DNA of 64,000 nucleotides from Planctomycetota bacterium (GTDB lineage: Bacteria; Planctomycetota; MHYJ01; WSZJ01), in contig JBBTCT010000018.1 of the NCBI GenBank assembly GCA_038060895.1, positions 32,001-96,000 of the forward strand, in the 5' to 3' direction. The position numbers were made by a program, and so were the translations under genes. Of the stretch, positions 49,475 through 58,602 are shown piece by piece. Each line of letters opens with the position of its first letter. Within the stretch, counting starts at the first letter, position 1. The notes under the pieces were generated by a model, which worked only from the letters and a program-made list of their open reading frames with translations, was not told the DNA's origin and searched no databases.

Positions 49475-49723
49475 ATGACCGCGATCTCTGAACTTGGACC
49501 ATCGCTTGTGATCGGGGCTACCTTTACGGCCTTCTCCGCCGTGAAGTTCTATGGCCTCGCCCGCGGCATCGAGGGCGGAGGCGGCAAGCCGCTTCAGACG
49601 CGCCTCTGCGGATCCTGACCGACCTGGCCGTCGTGGGCGCGGTTCGCGGCCCCGGTCGTGATGCTGGCCATCGGGCTGGCTAACTTCGGCTACGCCATCG
49701 CCGTCCTGTCGCGCAGCTCGTGA
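49475..49723 (+). CDS. Candidate selenoprotein, 82 aa, two TM helices, CGSU motif (UGA at 49616-49618)
   Basis: Manual translation MTAISELGPSLVIGATFTAFSAVKFYGLARGIEGGGGKPLQTRLCGS-U-PTWPSWARFAAPVVMLAIGLANFGYAIAVLSRSS; hairpin 49620-49658. Confidence 0.65.
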
Positions 49724-49726
49724 GAC

Positions 49727-50932
49727 TTAGCAGGCGCAGATTCCTCCGAACATGGAGGGGCCGCGCCTTCTCGACCGCATTCGCTGCGCGTAGCGTGAAA
49801 GTGTCAGTGCGCGGGATTTGCGTGGCGAAATCGGCGCGAGGCGGGCGACGATGAGGCACGCGATGCAGGCGAGGAAGAGCGTGCCGGCGGCAATGGCGAG
49901 AGTCCGGAGGGCGGATACGGTCCAAGGGTCGAGGCGCGGAGGCCTTGCCGGATTGGATCGCGGCGGCTCGGGCCGCGGCTCGGCCGCAATCAGCTCGGCC
50001 TCGCCGATCGGAAGTTCCGCGAAGTCCCCCGCCGCGGCCCGCGAGATCCCGCACCTCCTGCACTCCGCCAGGACTTCCGCAATGCCTGGCTCCCGTCCTT
50101 CGAGCACCAGCCTCCATTCGACTCGCTGAAACCCGGTGCGCCACCTTTCCGCTGTCGAAACATTGCGCCGGATGGCGGCCATCGCCGCGTCAATACTCGC
50201 TTCCGCACGCCCCGAACCCACGCGCCAGAGGAAAAACGTCGTCTCGAGGCGCCTGCTCAGTTCGCTCTTCGCCGGGTGACCGAGGTCGAGCGCCCGGACC
50301 CAGGCCCAGATCGCCAGGTTCTGAGCGCCCCGGCGGCTGAGTTCGTCGCCCAGGACGAGCATGGCGTCGGGGAAGCGCGGGCAGCGGGTGGCGAGCAGGA
50401 GGAGGCGGAAGTAATCGACGCGGGGCCCGGCGCCCGGCGTTGGCCAGGTCGAGTACGGCTCGTCCAGAAAGCCGATGTTCCGCTGAGAAGCGCTCCACCG
50501 CAGCGCCCGAAGATGAAAATCGCCGAGGCCCGGGCAGACGTCCTGGTTGCGCAGAAGCGCCGCCGACAGCGATTCGGCGGCGCTCAGGAATCCGCCCGCG
50601 CGCTCCCGCAGGTCCGCAAGAAGCGCCGCGGCGCCGGCGTTTCCTGGGTCGAGCTGTTCGATCGAGGCGAGTACGGTGCCAGCCTCGCCGTCGCGTCCCA
50701 GCGCCGCCCGGGCTTCCGCGAGAAACAGCCGCGTCGGCAAATCCATAATGTTCGACCGGAGCCTTGTGTCCAAACGGACTTCCCGAAGCGTCCAGTATGT
50801 CTCGCCGTGCGAGGGAACCTGACCCGAGACCAGGTCGAACACGTCTTCCGGCTCCGCAGCCGCCGATGGCGGGCAGGCCCGGGAAAACGAACCGGACAGA
50901 ATCGTGGCAAGCAGGGCGAGCCGAATCGTCAT
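49727..50932 (-). CDS. Exported TPR-like protein with C-terminal TM
   Basis: Signal peptide, TPR-like helices, TM then basic tail. Confidence 0.6.
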   Translation of the reverse strand: MTIRLALLATILSGSFSRACPPSAAAEPEDVFDLVSGQVPSHGETYWTLREVRLDTRLRSNIMDLPTRLFLAEARAALGRDGEAGTVLASIEQLDPGNAGAAALLADLRERAGGFLSAAESLSAALLRNQDVCPGLGDFHLRALRWSASQRNIGFLDEPYSTWPTPGAGPRVDYFRLLLLATRCPRFPDAMLVLGDELSRRGAQNLAIWAWVRALDLGHPAKSELSRRLETTFFLWRVGSGRAEASIDAAMAAIRRNVSTAERWRTGFQRVEWRLVLEGREPGIAEVLAECRRCGISRAAAGDFAELPIGEAELIAAEPRPEPPRSNPARPPRLDPWTVSALRTLAIAAGTLFLACIACLIVARLAPISPRKSRALTLSRYAQRMRSRRRGPSMFGGICAC

Positions 50933-51055
50933 TCCTGTGCGAACGAAAGCCCGGGTGCGCGGTTCAGCTCTTCCGCGTGAGGATCATCTCGACGAACCGC
51001 AACGCGCGCTTCCCACCTCTTGCGGGAATTCAGGCATCCAGCATCTCCCGAAACA

Positions 51056-51271
51056 TCACTTCCGGACCGCGGCCAGTCCCATGTCGAGGAGCGTCTGCTT
51101 TCCCTTACCGCCGCAGCCGTTGCAGCGAAGGTCGACGACTTCGCCTATTTTCACGCCGGCGATGCCGTGGCACCGCTCGCAGGTGCGGAGCGGGACGAAA
51201 ATCGCCGCGGCCAGGAGGCCCGCCCCGGCCAGGACAAACAGGAAGCGGCTTCCGCCTTTTTTGCTGCTCAT
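51056..51271 (-). CDS. Small membrane-anchored protein with DnaJ-type Cys motifs
   Basis: TM then CERCHG...CNGCGGKG. Confidence 0.6.
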   Translation of the reverse strand: MSSKKGGSRFLFVLAGAGLLAAAIFVPLRTCERCHGIAGVKIGEVVDLRCNGCGGKGKQTLLDMGLAAVRK

Positions 51272-51317
51272 GCGCCCCATCCTACCGCCGCCGGGGGGCG
51301 GGTACAATCCGCGCCCC

Positions 51318-51950
51318 GTGCCATCCTTCCTGTCCCTCTGCGTCTTCGCGCGCCGCCCCGAGCGCGGCAAGGTCAAGACGCGCCTTGCCGCCGAGATCGG
51401 GGAGGAGGCGGCGCTGGAGGCGTATCGCGACTGCCTGCGGGCGACCTCGGCCCGGGTGGCGGAAGCGGCGCCGCAAGGGGCGCAGCGGGGGCCCTTCGTG
51501 TTCGGGACGCCGGACGGGTGCTCGGTGGACCTGGCGGCGTACTTCCCGCGATGGAGCGCGTTCATGGATCAGGGGGACGGCGACCTGGGCGAACGGATGG
51601 CGCGTGCTTTCCGGAGGCTGTCACCGGCGGTGCTGGTGGGGACGGACTCGCCTGACCTGCCGCTGGAGTATTTTGAACGCGCGTTCAAGGATCTGGAGAC
51701 GCACGATGTCGTGATTGGTCCCGCGGAAGACGGCGGTTACGTGCTGATCGGGATGCGGGAACCGCGCGAAGAGCTTTTCCGGGGGGTGCCGTGGTCGTCG
51801 CCGGACACGCTGAAGGTGACGCTGGAGAAGGCGAAGGGACTGAAAGTATCGCTCCTGCCGGCGTGGTATGACGTGGACACGAAAGCCGGCCTCGAGAGGT
51901 GGAGAGGTCGCCCCATCGTCCCGGCTGGCCCGAAAACGAAAAAGGCATGA
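51318..51950 (+). CDS. TIGR04282/DUF2064-type glycosyltransferase-fold protein
   Basis: FARRP..GKVKTRL, QG.GDLGERM, VGTDSP, IGPAEDGGYVLIG, VPWS, DVDT. Confidence 0.88.
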   Translation: MPSFLSLCVFARRPERGKVKTRLAAEIGEEAALEAYRDCLRATSARVAEAAPQGAQRGPFVFGTPDGCSVDLAAYFPRWSAFMDQGDGDLGERMARAFRRLSPAVLVGTDSPDLPLEYFERAFKDLETHDVVIGPAEDGGYVLIGMREPREELFRGVPWSSPDTLKVTLEKAKGLKVSLLPAWYDVDTKAGLERWRGRPIVPAGPKTKKA

Positions 51951-52031
51951 GCCACAGAGGACACAGAGGCCGCAGAGAAAACTCCCAATTGTCGGATGGG
52001 CTTTCTCTGTGCTCTCTGTGTCCTCTGTGGC
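51951..52031. repeat. Inverted tandem 9-mer repeat (CACAGAGGN)x3 ... (CTCTGTG)x3
   Basis: Read directly in intergenic gap. Confidence 0.85.
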
Positions 52032-52071
52032 AACGCCCTTTCCTTTGCCCCCCATGTGGGCGCCTCGCAGC

Positions 52072-52764
52072 GTGAGTTCTTCGCCCAGGATCGCCGTCGT
52101 CATTCCCGCGCTGAACGAGGAGAAGTCGCTCCCCCTCGTCCTCGCCGCCCTTCCGAAAGTCGACGACGTCATCGTGGTGGACAACGGCTCCACCGACCGC
52201 ACCGCCGACGTCGCGCGCACCGGCGGCGCCCGGATCGTGAGCGAATCGCGGCGTGGCTACGGAAGCGCCTGTCTCGCGGGAATCGCCGCCCTTCGCGAGC
52301 CCGACATCGTCGTCTTCGTGGACGCGGACTTCAGCGACCACCCCGACGAGTTGCCGCTTCTCGTCGCACCGATCGCGGAGGACCGCGCGGACATGGTGAT
52401 CGGCTCTCGCGCGCTCGGGAACCGCGAGAAAGGCGCGCTGCTTCCCCAGGCCCGCTTCGGCAACATGCTCGCCTGCTTCCTGATGCGCGTGATCTACGGC
52501 CACCGCTACACCGACCTCGGGCCGTTCCGTGCGATCCGCCTCTCTTCCCTCCGGAAAATCGGCATGCGCGACCGCAATTTCGGGTGGACCGTCGAGATGC
52601 AGATCCGCGCGCTGCGACACGGCCTGCGCGTCACGGAAGTCCCCGTCAGCTACCGCAAGCGCGTCGGCGTCTCGAAAATCACCGGAACGCTCTCCGGCAC
52701 GCTGCGTGCAGGGTATAAGATCCTCTTCACCATCTTCCGCCACGCATTGTCGCGGAAGGGGTAA
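52072..52764 (+). CDS. GT2 glycosyltransferase (Dpm1-like)
   Basis: VIPALNEE, DNGSTD, GYGSAC, DADFSD, TDLGPFRA. Confidence 0.92.
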   Translation: MSSSPRIAVVIPALNEEKSLPLVLAALPKVDDVIVVDNGSTDRTADVARTGGARIVSESRRGYGSACLAGIAALREPDIVVFVDADFSDHPDELPLLVAPIAEDRADMVIGSRALGNREKGALLPQARFGNMLACFLMRVIYGHRYTDLGPFRAIRLSSLRKIGMRDRNFGWTVEMQIRALRHGLRVTEVPVSYRKRVGVSKITGTLSGTLRAGYKILFTIFRHALSRKG

Positions 52765-52772
52765 CGTCAACC

Positions 52773-54038
52773 ATGATGGCCCTTCGTAAAGCGGCTTTCC
52801 TTGCGTTCGCGCTCGCCGCGCTTCCCGCGCCGGCGTACGAACTCTGGTACAAGGACCGCGTGCTCTTCGACGACCTGCCGCTGAGAGAGATCGAGGATGG
52901 AGCTTCCCTCACGTTCAAGGTCATCCCTCAGGGCAAGTACCGCTTCGGCTGGTGCGCCGTCACGTACCCCGACGGAACGACGGGGAGCTTACAGGACGCC
53001 GAAATAAAAAACGGGAAGGCGACGCAGAAGGTGAAGTTCGACCAGGGGAAGGGGAAGTACGTGGTGGAGTTCCTGATGGAGGGGCCTCTCGGGCCGGCGG
53101 TGGGGGCGATCTTTCACTACTGGGTCGGGGTGCCGGAGGAGAAGGAGGAAGTCCGGGACTTCAAGTGGGACGTGCGAGGCGCGGAGGAGATCGAGAAGGA
53201 CGTCTTTGACCGGATCAACGCGTTCCGGAAGACGTGCAAGGCGCCGGAGGTGAAGTGGGACGACCGGATCTGCGCGATCGGGCGGGAGCACTGCGACGAC
53301 ATGATCGAGGGGCGTTACTTCGCGCACATTTCGCCGAAGCACGGTGACCTGGGGACTCGGGCGAAGGTGAAGTACGGGTGGAAGAACGTGATCTGGGGGA
53401 TGCCGGACCGCGGCTACGTGGAGAAGCCGGACGGACCGATTTTCATCGGGGAGGACATTGCGTACGACAACAACCCCGCGGGGGCGATGGATGCGTGGCT
53501 CGGCTCGCCGGGGCACCGCGCGGTCTTCATGAACAAGTTCGTGACGCACTGCGGGGTGGGAGTGAAGAAGTACGAGGCGATGGAAAACGGATTCCTCGTG
53601 CGGAAGATCTATTTTGTGGCGGCGTTCGCGCTTTACGCGGACACGAACATCGAAAAGGCGGAGAAAGAAGCGGAGCTGCGTCGGGTCGAGGCGAAGGCTC
53701 TTCCGCAGTTCGAGCGTGCGCAGGCGCTGGAGGCGATCGACCCGCCGGCGGCGGTGAAGCAGTACGAGGAGCTTGCCGCGAAGTTTCCGGACTCGGCGAG
53801 CGGGCGGAAGGCGGCGGCGCGGGCGAAGGAGCTGACAGGCGCGCCGGACTGGGCGGAAACGGTGAAGAAGGCAGATGGCCGGCGGGAAGCGCGGCAGTGG
53901 ATGGATCGGGCGAAGATGCTGATCGACAACAAGCGGCCCGACAATGCGAGGACGTGGCTGGAAAAAGTGGTCGCGGGGCATCCCGGGACGCCGGAGGCGG
54001 AGGAGGCGCGGCGGTTGATCAAGACGCTGCAGGAGTAA
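52773..54038 (+). CDS. Secreted CAP/SCP domain protein with TPR-like tail
   Basis: IN.FR, H..DM, FAH.SP, GEDIA, WLGSPGHR, GVGV. Confidence 0.82.
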   Translation: MMALRKAAFLAFALAALPAPAYELWYKDRVLFDDLPLREIEDGASLTFKVIPQGKYRFGWCAVTYPDGTTGSLQDAEIKNGKATQKVKFDQGKGKYVVEFLMEGPLGPAVGAIFHYWVGVPEEKEEVRDFKWDVRGAEEIEKDVFDRINAFRKTCKAPEVKWDDRICAIGREHCDDMIEGRYFAHISPKHGDLGTRAKVKYGWKNVIWGMPDRGYVEKPDGPIFIGEDIAYDNNPAGAMDAWLGSPGHRAVFMNKFVTHCGVGVKKYEAMENGFLVRKIYFVAAFALYADTNIEKAEKEAELRRVEAKALPQFERAQALEAIDPPAAVKQYEELAAKFPDSASGRKAAARAKELTGAPDWAETVKKADGRREARQWMDRAKMLIDNKRPDNARTWLEKVVAGHPGTPEAEEARRLIKTLQE

Positions 54039-54159
54039 GGGGATAGGGTTGGGATTTGGAGTTGTCGTGGCCTTTTTTTCGCATTTCCAACAATACGGCA
54101 GCTCTCTCCCCGTTCCTGATGCAAGGGGGACGACCAGACCTCACACTGGGAGACAGCCG

Positions 54160-54705
54160 ATGCTTCACAGAATTTTCGCCGGGTTGCTGGCCTGCGCGTT
54201 CCTGGCCACGCACGCCGGCGCGGATGGACCGCCGCCGCCGCCGAAGCCGCCAAAACCGCCGCCGCCGCCTGCTGGGGGTGACCCGGGGGACGAAAAGCCG
54301 AAGCCGCCGAAAAAAAAGAAGGGCAAGAAGCCGCCTCCTCCGCCGAAGGACGGCGAGAAGCCGCCGATGCCCCCGCCTCCTCCCCCCCCGAAGGACGGCG
54401 AGGGGGGCTGACCCGACATGGATGACGGCGGGAAACCGCCGATGCCTCCGGACGGAGGCACGGGTGACGAAAAGGATGGGAAGAAACCGAAGCCGCCGAA
54501 GGGCGCCAAGGGCGGAAAGCCGCCGCTGCCTCCGCTCCCGAAGGACGGAAAAGGCCCGAAACCGCCGCTCCCGCCTCCGCTTCCTCCGCCAGACGGCGAG
54601 GGCGACCCCGATGGTCCGAAGCCTCCTTTGCCGCCGAAGCCGCCGATGCCTCCTGCCGAAGAGGGTGAGGGCGAGGAAGAGGATCCGATGGACGATCTCA
54701 AGTAA
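54160..54705 (+). CDS. Secreted Pro/Lys-rich protein interrupted by in-frame TGA at 54409-54411 (Sec, pseudogene or error)
   Basis: Signal peptide; the two ORF-track halves are in one frame with the same repeat composition. Confidence 0.6.
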
Positions 54706-54732
54706 TCCTAAGTCCCGACAGGACCTTCGCTT

Positions 54733-54764
54733 CGGGCCCGGCTTCGGCCGGGCCCGTTTTTTTT
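54733..54764 (+). terminator. Intrinsic terminator
   Basis: CGGGCCCGGC-TTCG-GCCGGGCCCG plus T8. Confidence 0.88.
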
Positions 54765-54847
54765 GTAAGGTCCCGTAACGTTTTTCTTCCCCCCCCGTCC
54801 TTCTAGGCGTCGGGGGGACCAGAAAAACCAACTCAGCGAGGTCGAAA

Positions 54848-55441
54848 ATGAACCGGATTCTCACGATCGCTGCGCTCGCGCTCTTCGTGTTCGGGACTAA
54901 TGGCTACGCCGAAGACGACAAGCGGGCCGAGCCCGGATCTGACGGCAAAGCCGAGGGCAAAGAGGGAAAAGTAGACGAGAAGAAGGACCGCGAGGCGCGG
55001 GCGTGGGCCGAGAAGAAGGCCGCCGAGTTCAAGCGCTGGAGCGACGAGAAGAAGAAGTGCGAACGCGACGGGCATCATCGCTGCGGAGCGGGCGCGCGGA
55101 AGGGCTGTGAGAACCGCGATTGCGAGCGGAAGGGCCACAGGAAGTGCCAGGACGAAGCCCGCGCGAAGTGCAAGGGCGCGTGCGAGGAGATTCGCGCGAA
55201 GGCGAAGAAGGACAAGGCCGTTGACATCAAGGGTGACGAGAAGAAGAAAATCGATGCGAAGCCGGGCGACATCGTTCCTGGCGGCAAGAAGGACGGCGAC
55301 GGGAAGTGCGACAAGGACGAAAAGCCTGCGGATGGCGACGGGAAGTGCGACAAGGGCTGCGACGACAAGGCGAAGGACGAAGAGAAGGCAAAGGACGAAC
55401 CGAAGGACGAGGAAGGCGACGGCCTGGGCGACCTGAAGTAA
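54848..55441 (+). CDS. Secreted Lys/Asp/Glu- and Cys-rich protein
   Basis: Signal peptide; Cys/His cluster; DGDGKCDK x2. Confidence 0.75.
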   Translation: MNRILTIAALALFVFGTNGYAEDDKRAEPGSDGKAEGKEGKVDEKKDREARAWAEKKAAEFKRWSDEKKKCERDGHHRCGAGARKGCENRDCERKGHRKCQDEARAKCKGACEEIRAKAKKDKAVDIKGDEKKKIDAKPGDIVPGGKKDGDGKCDKDEKPADGDGKCDKGCDDKAKDEEKAKDEPKDEEGDGLGDLK

Positions 55442-55461
55442 CGGTTCGCAGCGCAAACTCG

Positions 55462-55489
55462 AAGGCCCGGCCAAAAGCCGGGCCTTTTT
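55462..55489 (+). terminator. Intrinsic terminator
   Basis: AAGGCCCGGC-CAAAA-GCCGGGCCTT plus T tract. Confidence 0.8.
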
Positions 55490-55519
55490 ATATTGGGTCG
55501 CGTCCGACTCGCTCCGGAC

Positions 55520-57016
55520 TTAGCGAACCGACTGGATCGCCGCGTTGCACCACTCGAGGACTTTCGCGGGGCAGATGCCCAGCGCGATCGTCGCAATCGA
55601 CGCCAGTCCGAGCCCGAGAACGGCGCCCCAGCGGTCTTCACCCTTCGGGAATTCCTCGCCCTTCGCGGGATCGCGCATGTACATCGCGACGACGATCTTC
55701 AGGTAGTAGTACGCGCTCACGACGGAAGCGGCGATGCCGGTGATGGCCAGCCAGAGGAATTCACGGTTCTGGATCGCTTCGCGGAAGATGAGGAACTTGC
55801 CCATGAATCCCGCAGTGGGGGGGATTCCGGCGAGGGATGCCATGAATAGGGTCATGGCGGCGGCCGCGGCGGGACGCCGGGAGGCGAGGCCGGAGAACTG
55901 GGAAATGTCCTCCAGTTCGCCGCCTTCGCGGGCGAGCAGCGAGATCAGGCCGAAAGACCCGGCGGTCATGACGACGTACGCGATGACGTAGAAAAGGACA
56001 GCGGCGGCCGCGTGTTCCGTTTCGCTCGCGACGACGATGCCCACCAGGATCACGCCCGTATGGCCGATCGAGCTGTACGCGAGGAGCCGCTTCAGATTCG
56101 TCTGCGCCAGCGCGCACACGTTTCCAACGACCATGGTGGCGGCCGCGAGGAAAGCCAGCGCTCCGCCCCACTCAAGACCGAGGTGCGGGAACGCGACCGT
56201 GGCGCTTCGAAGGAGCGCCGCGAACACGCCCGCCTTGACGACGCCGGCCATGAAGCCGGTGACGGGCGCGGGGGCGCCTTCGTAGGCGTCGGGGGTCCAG
56301 GCGTGGAAGGGGACGGCGCCGACCTTGAAGGCGGCGCCGACGAGAAAGAGCGCGAGGCCGGCGGCGAGGAGAGGCGTATTGGCGGGGACGCGGGCGAGCG
56401 CGTCGAGGCGGAGAAGGGAAGACTGGGACGGAGACTGGAGGATGCCCTCGGTGCCGCCGGTCGTGACGACGGCGCCATAGAGGAGGGCGATGCCGAAGAG
56501 GAGGAAGCCGGTGGAGAAGGCGCCCATGATGAAGTATTTCATCGCTGCCTCGGTGGACTTCTCGCGGTCGCGGGTGATGCCGGTGAGGCAGTAGACGGCG
56601 ATGGACATGATCTCGATGCCGAGGAAGACGGACATGAGGTCGTTGGCCTGGGCGAGCATGACGGCGCCCGCTGCGGCGGTGAGCATGAGGCCGTAATACT
56701 CGCCGAAATCGATGCCGGAGGAGCGGACGTAAGAAGCGCTCATGAGGACGGAGAGGGCGGTGGCGGCGCAGGCGGCGAGGCCCATGACGACGGCGAGGCC
56801 GTCGATGCGGAGCGCGCCGCCAAAGGCTTCCTCGTTGCGGCCCCAGAGCGACAGCAGGGAGATCGCCGCGGCGACGGTGCCGCCGAGCGAGATGAACGGA
56901 AGGGCGCCGCGCTCGATCTTGCCGGAGTAAAGGTCGGCCGTGACGGCGACCGCGGCGGTGCCGAGGAGGATGAGGACGGGGCTGAAGAGCTGGAGGTCGT
57001 GGGCGCCGAGGGTCAT
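55520..57016 (-). CDS. nuoN: NADH-quinone oxidoreductase subunit N
   Basis: EAAMKYF, FKVGAVPFHAWTPDAYEGAP, KRLLAYSSIGH, SLAGIPP. Confidence 0.96.
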   Translation of the reverse strand: MTLGAHDLQLFSPVLILLGTAAVAVTADLYSGKIERGALPFISLGGTVAAAISLLSLWGRNEEAFGGALRIDGLAVVMGLAACAATALSVLMSASYVRSSGIDFGEYYGLMLTAAAGAVMLAQANDLMSVFLGIEIMSIAVYCLTGITRDREKSTEAAMKYFIMGAFSTGFLLFGIALLYGAVVTTGGTEGILQSPSQSSLLRLDALARVPANTPLLAAGLALFLVGAAFKVGAVPFHAWTPDAYEGAPAPVTGFMAGVVKAGVFAALLRSATVAFPHLGLEWGGALAFLAAATMVVGNVCALAQTNLKRLLAYSSIGHTGVILVGIVVASETEHAAAAVLFYVIAYVVMTAGSFGLISLLAREGGELEDISQFSGLASRRPAAAAAMTLFMASLAGIPPTAGFMGKFLIFREAIQNREFLWLAITGIAASVVSAYYYLKIVVAMYMRDPAKGEEFPKGEDRWGAVLGLGLASIATIALGICPAKVLEWCNAAIQSVR

Positions 57017-58602
57017 TTGCGCGAATCTCCCGGGCCGGGCGCTTCCAGTGGCGTCATGAGGGCGCGATGGCGGTTCTCCGCTTCACGCCGTTCGTTTTCG
57101 TGCCGGATCGCCGCGCGGATCTGGCGGTTGTAGTTCTCGACGGTGGGGGCGACGCGATTGAGAAAGACGTTGGGCGCGACGCCGATGGCGAAGATGAGGA
57201 CGAGCAGCGGGAGGAGCGTGGCCCACTCGCGGCCGCGGAGGTCGCCGAGGTGTTCGTTTTCTTCGTGGGTGACCCGGCCGAACAGGACGCGCTGGGCCAT
57301 CCAGAGCATGTACGCGGCGCCCAGGACGACGCCGGTGGAAGCGAAGATGGCCGGAAGCTTCTTCACCTGGAAGGTGCCGAGCAGGATCAGGAACTCCCCG
57401 ATGAACCCGTTGGTGCCCGGGAGGCCGATGGAACTGAGCGTCACGATGATCAGCACCGCTGCGTACCACGGCATGACCTTCGCAATCCCGCCGAAATCCT
57501 CGAGGAGGCGCGTGTGTCGGCGCTCGTAGAGGACGCCGACGCAGAGGAAGAGGGCGCCCGTCGAGATGCCGTGGTTCACCATCTGGAGGATCGATCCGGA
57601 GAGCGCCTTGTCGTTCCAGACGAACATCCCCAGAACGCAGAAGCCGAGGTGCGCGACCGACGAGTACGCGATCAGTTTCTTCATGTCCTCCTGCGCGAGG
57701 CACATGAGCGACCCGTAGATCACGCCGATCACGGCGAGCACGATCATGATCGGCGCGAACTCGGCGGCGGTGCCGGGGAAGAGCGGGATGGCGAAGCGCA
57801 GGAGCCCGTAAGTCCCCATCTTGAGCAGCACTCCCGCGAGAATGACGGAGCCCGCGGTCGGCGCTTCGACGTGCGCGTCGGGGAGCCAGGTGTGAAGCGG
57901 CCAGATCGGGACTTTGACGGCGAACGCGAGGGCAAACGCGAAGAAGCACCAGCGGGCGGCGGAGACGGTGAGCGGGAGGGGCTCGTTGCCGGCCGGGTTG
58001 AGGGCGGCGCGCAGCGTCTCGAGATCGAAGGTCTGGGCGCCCGATTTGAAGTACAGGTAGATGATCGCTACGAACATCGGCAGCGAACCGACGATCGTGA
58101 ACAGGAAGAATTTCAGCGCCGCGTACACCCGGCGGCGGCCGCCCCAGACGCCGATGATCAGAAGCATCGGGATGAGCATGGCTTCCCAGAACACGTAGAA
58201 GAGGAGCAGGTCCTGGGCGACGAACGACCCGATCATGGCGCTTTCGAGGATGAGGAAAGCGGCCATGTATTCCTTCACGCGGTCCGTGATCGACCAGCTT
58301 GCGAGGACGCAGATCGGCATGAGGAGGGTCGTGAGGATGACGAGGAGGACGGAGATCCCGTCCACGCCCACCTTGTAAGTCAGCCCGAGGGCCGGCACCC
58401 ACGCGCGCGTCTCGACGAACTGCATTGCGGCGTTTCCGGGGCGGAACTGCGTCCAGAGGGGGATGGAGACCAGGAAGGTGAGGAGTGCCGTGAGAAGCGC
58501 GGCGAGCTTGGCCTCGCGGGCGTTTTCGCGCGGGAGGAGCGCGACCAGCGCGGCCCCCGCGACGGGAATGACGAGCAGTGCGGAGAGGATGGGGGCGCTC
58601 AT
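57013..58602 (-). CDS. nuoM: NADH-quinone oxidoreductase subunit M
   Basis: GVDGIS, FWEAMLIP, LHTWLPDAHVEAPT, LLKMG, GLPGT.GF.GEF. Confidence 0.96.
   Translation of the reverse strand: MSAPILSALLVIPVAGAALVALLPRENAREAKLAALLTALLTFLVSIPLWTQFRPGNAAMQFVETRAWVPALGLTYKVGVDGISVLLVILTTLLMPICVLASWSITDRVKEYMAAFLILESAMIGSFVAQDLLLFYVFWEAMLIPMLLIIGVWGGRRRVYAALKFFLFTIVGSLPMFVAIIYLYFKSGAQTFDLETLRAALNPAGNEPLPLTVSAARWCFFAFALAFAVKVPIWPLHTWLPDAHVEAPTAGSVILAGVLLKMGTYGLLRFAIPLFPGTAAEFAPIMIVLAVIGVIYGSLMCLAQEDMKKLIAYSSVAHLGFCVLGMFVWNDKALSGSILQMVNHGISTGALFLCVGVLYERRHTRLLEDFGGIAKVMPWYAAVLIIVTLSSIGLPGTNGFIGEFLILLGTFQVKKLPAIFASTGVVLGAAYMLWMAQRVLFGRVTHEENEHLGDLRGREWATLLPLLVLIFAIGVAPNVFLNRVAPTVENYNRQIRAAIRHENERREAENRHRALMTPLEAPGPGDSRK

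Noticed and set aside
50984-51058. Read-through of the TGA ending the small CxxC protein
   Set aside because: The extension is short and featureless, with no clear SECIS-like hairpin.
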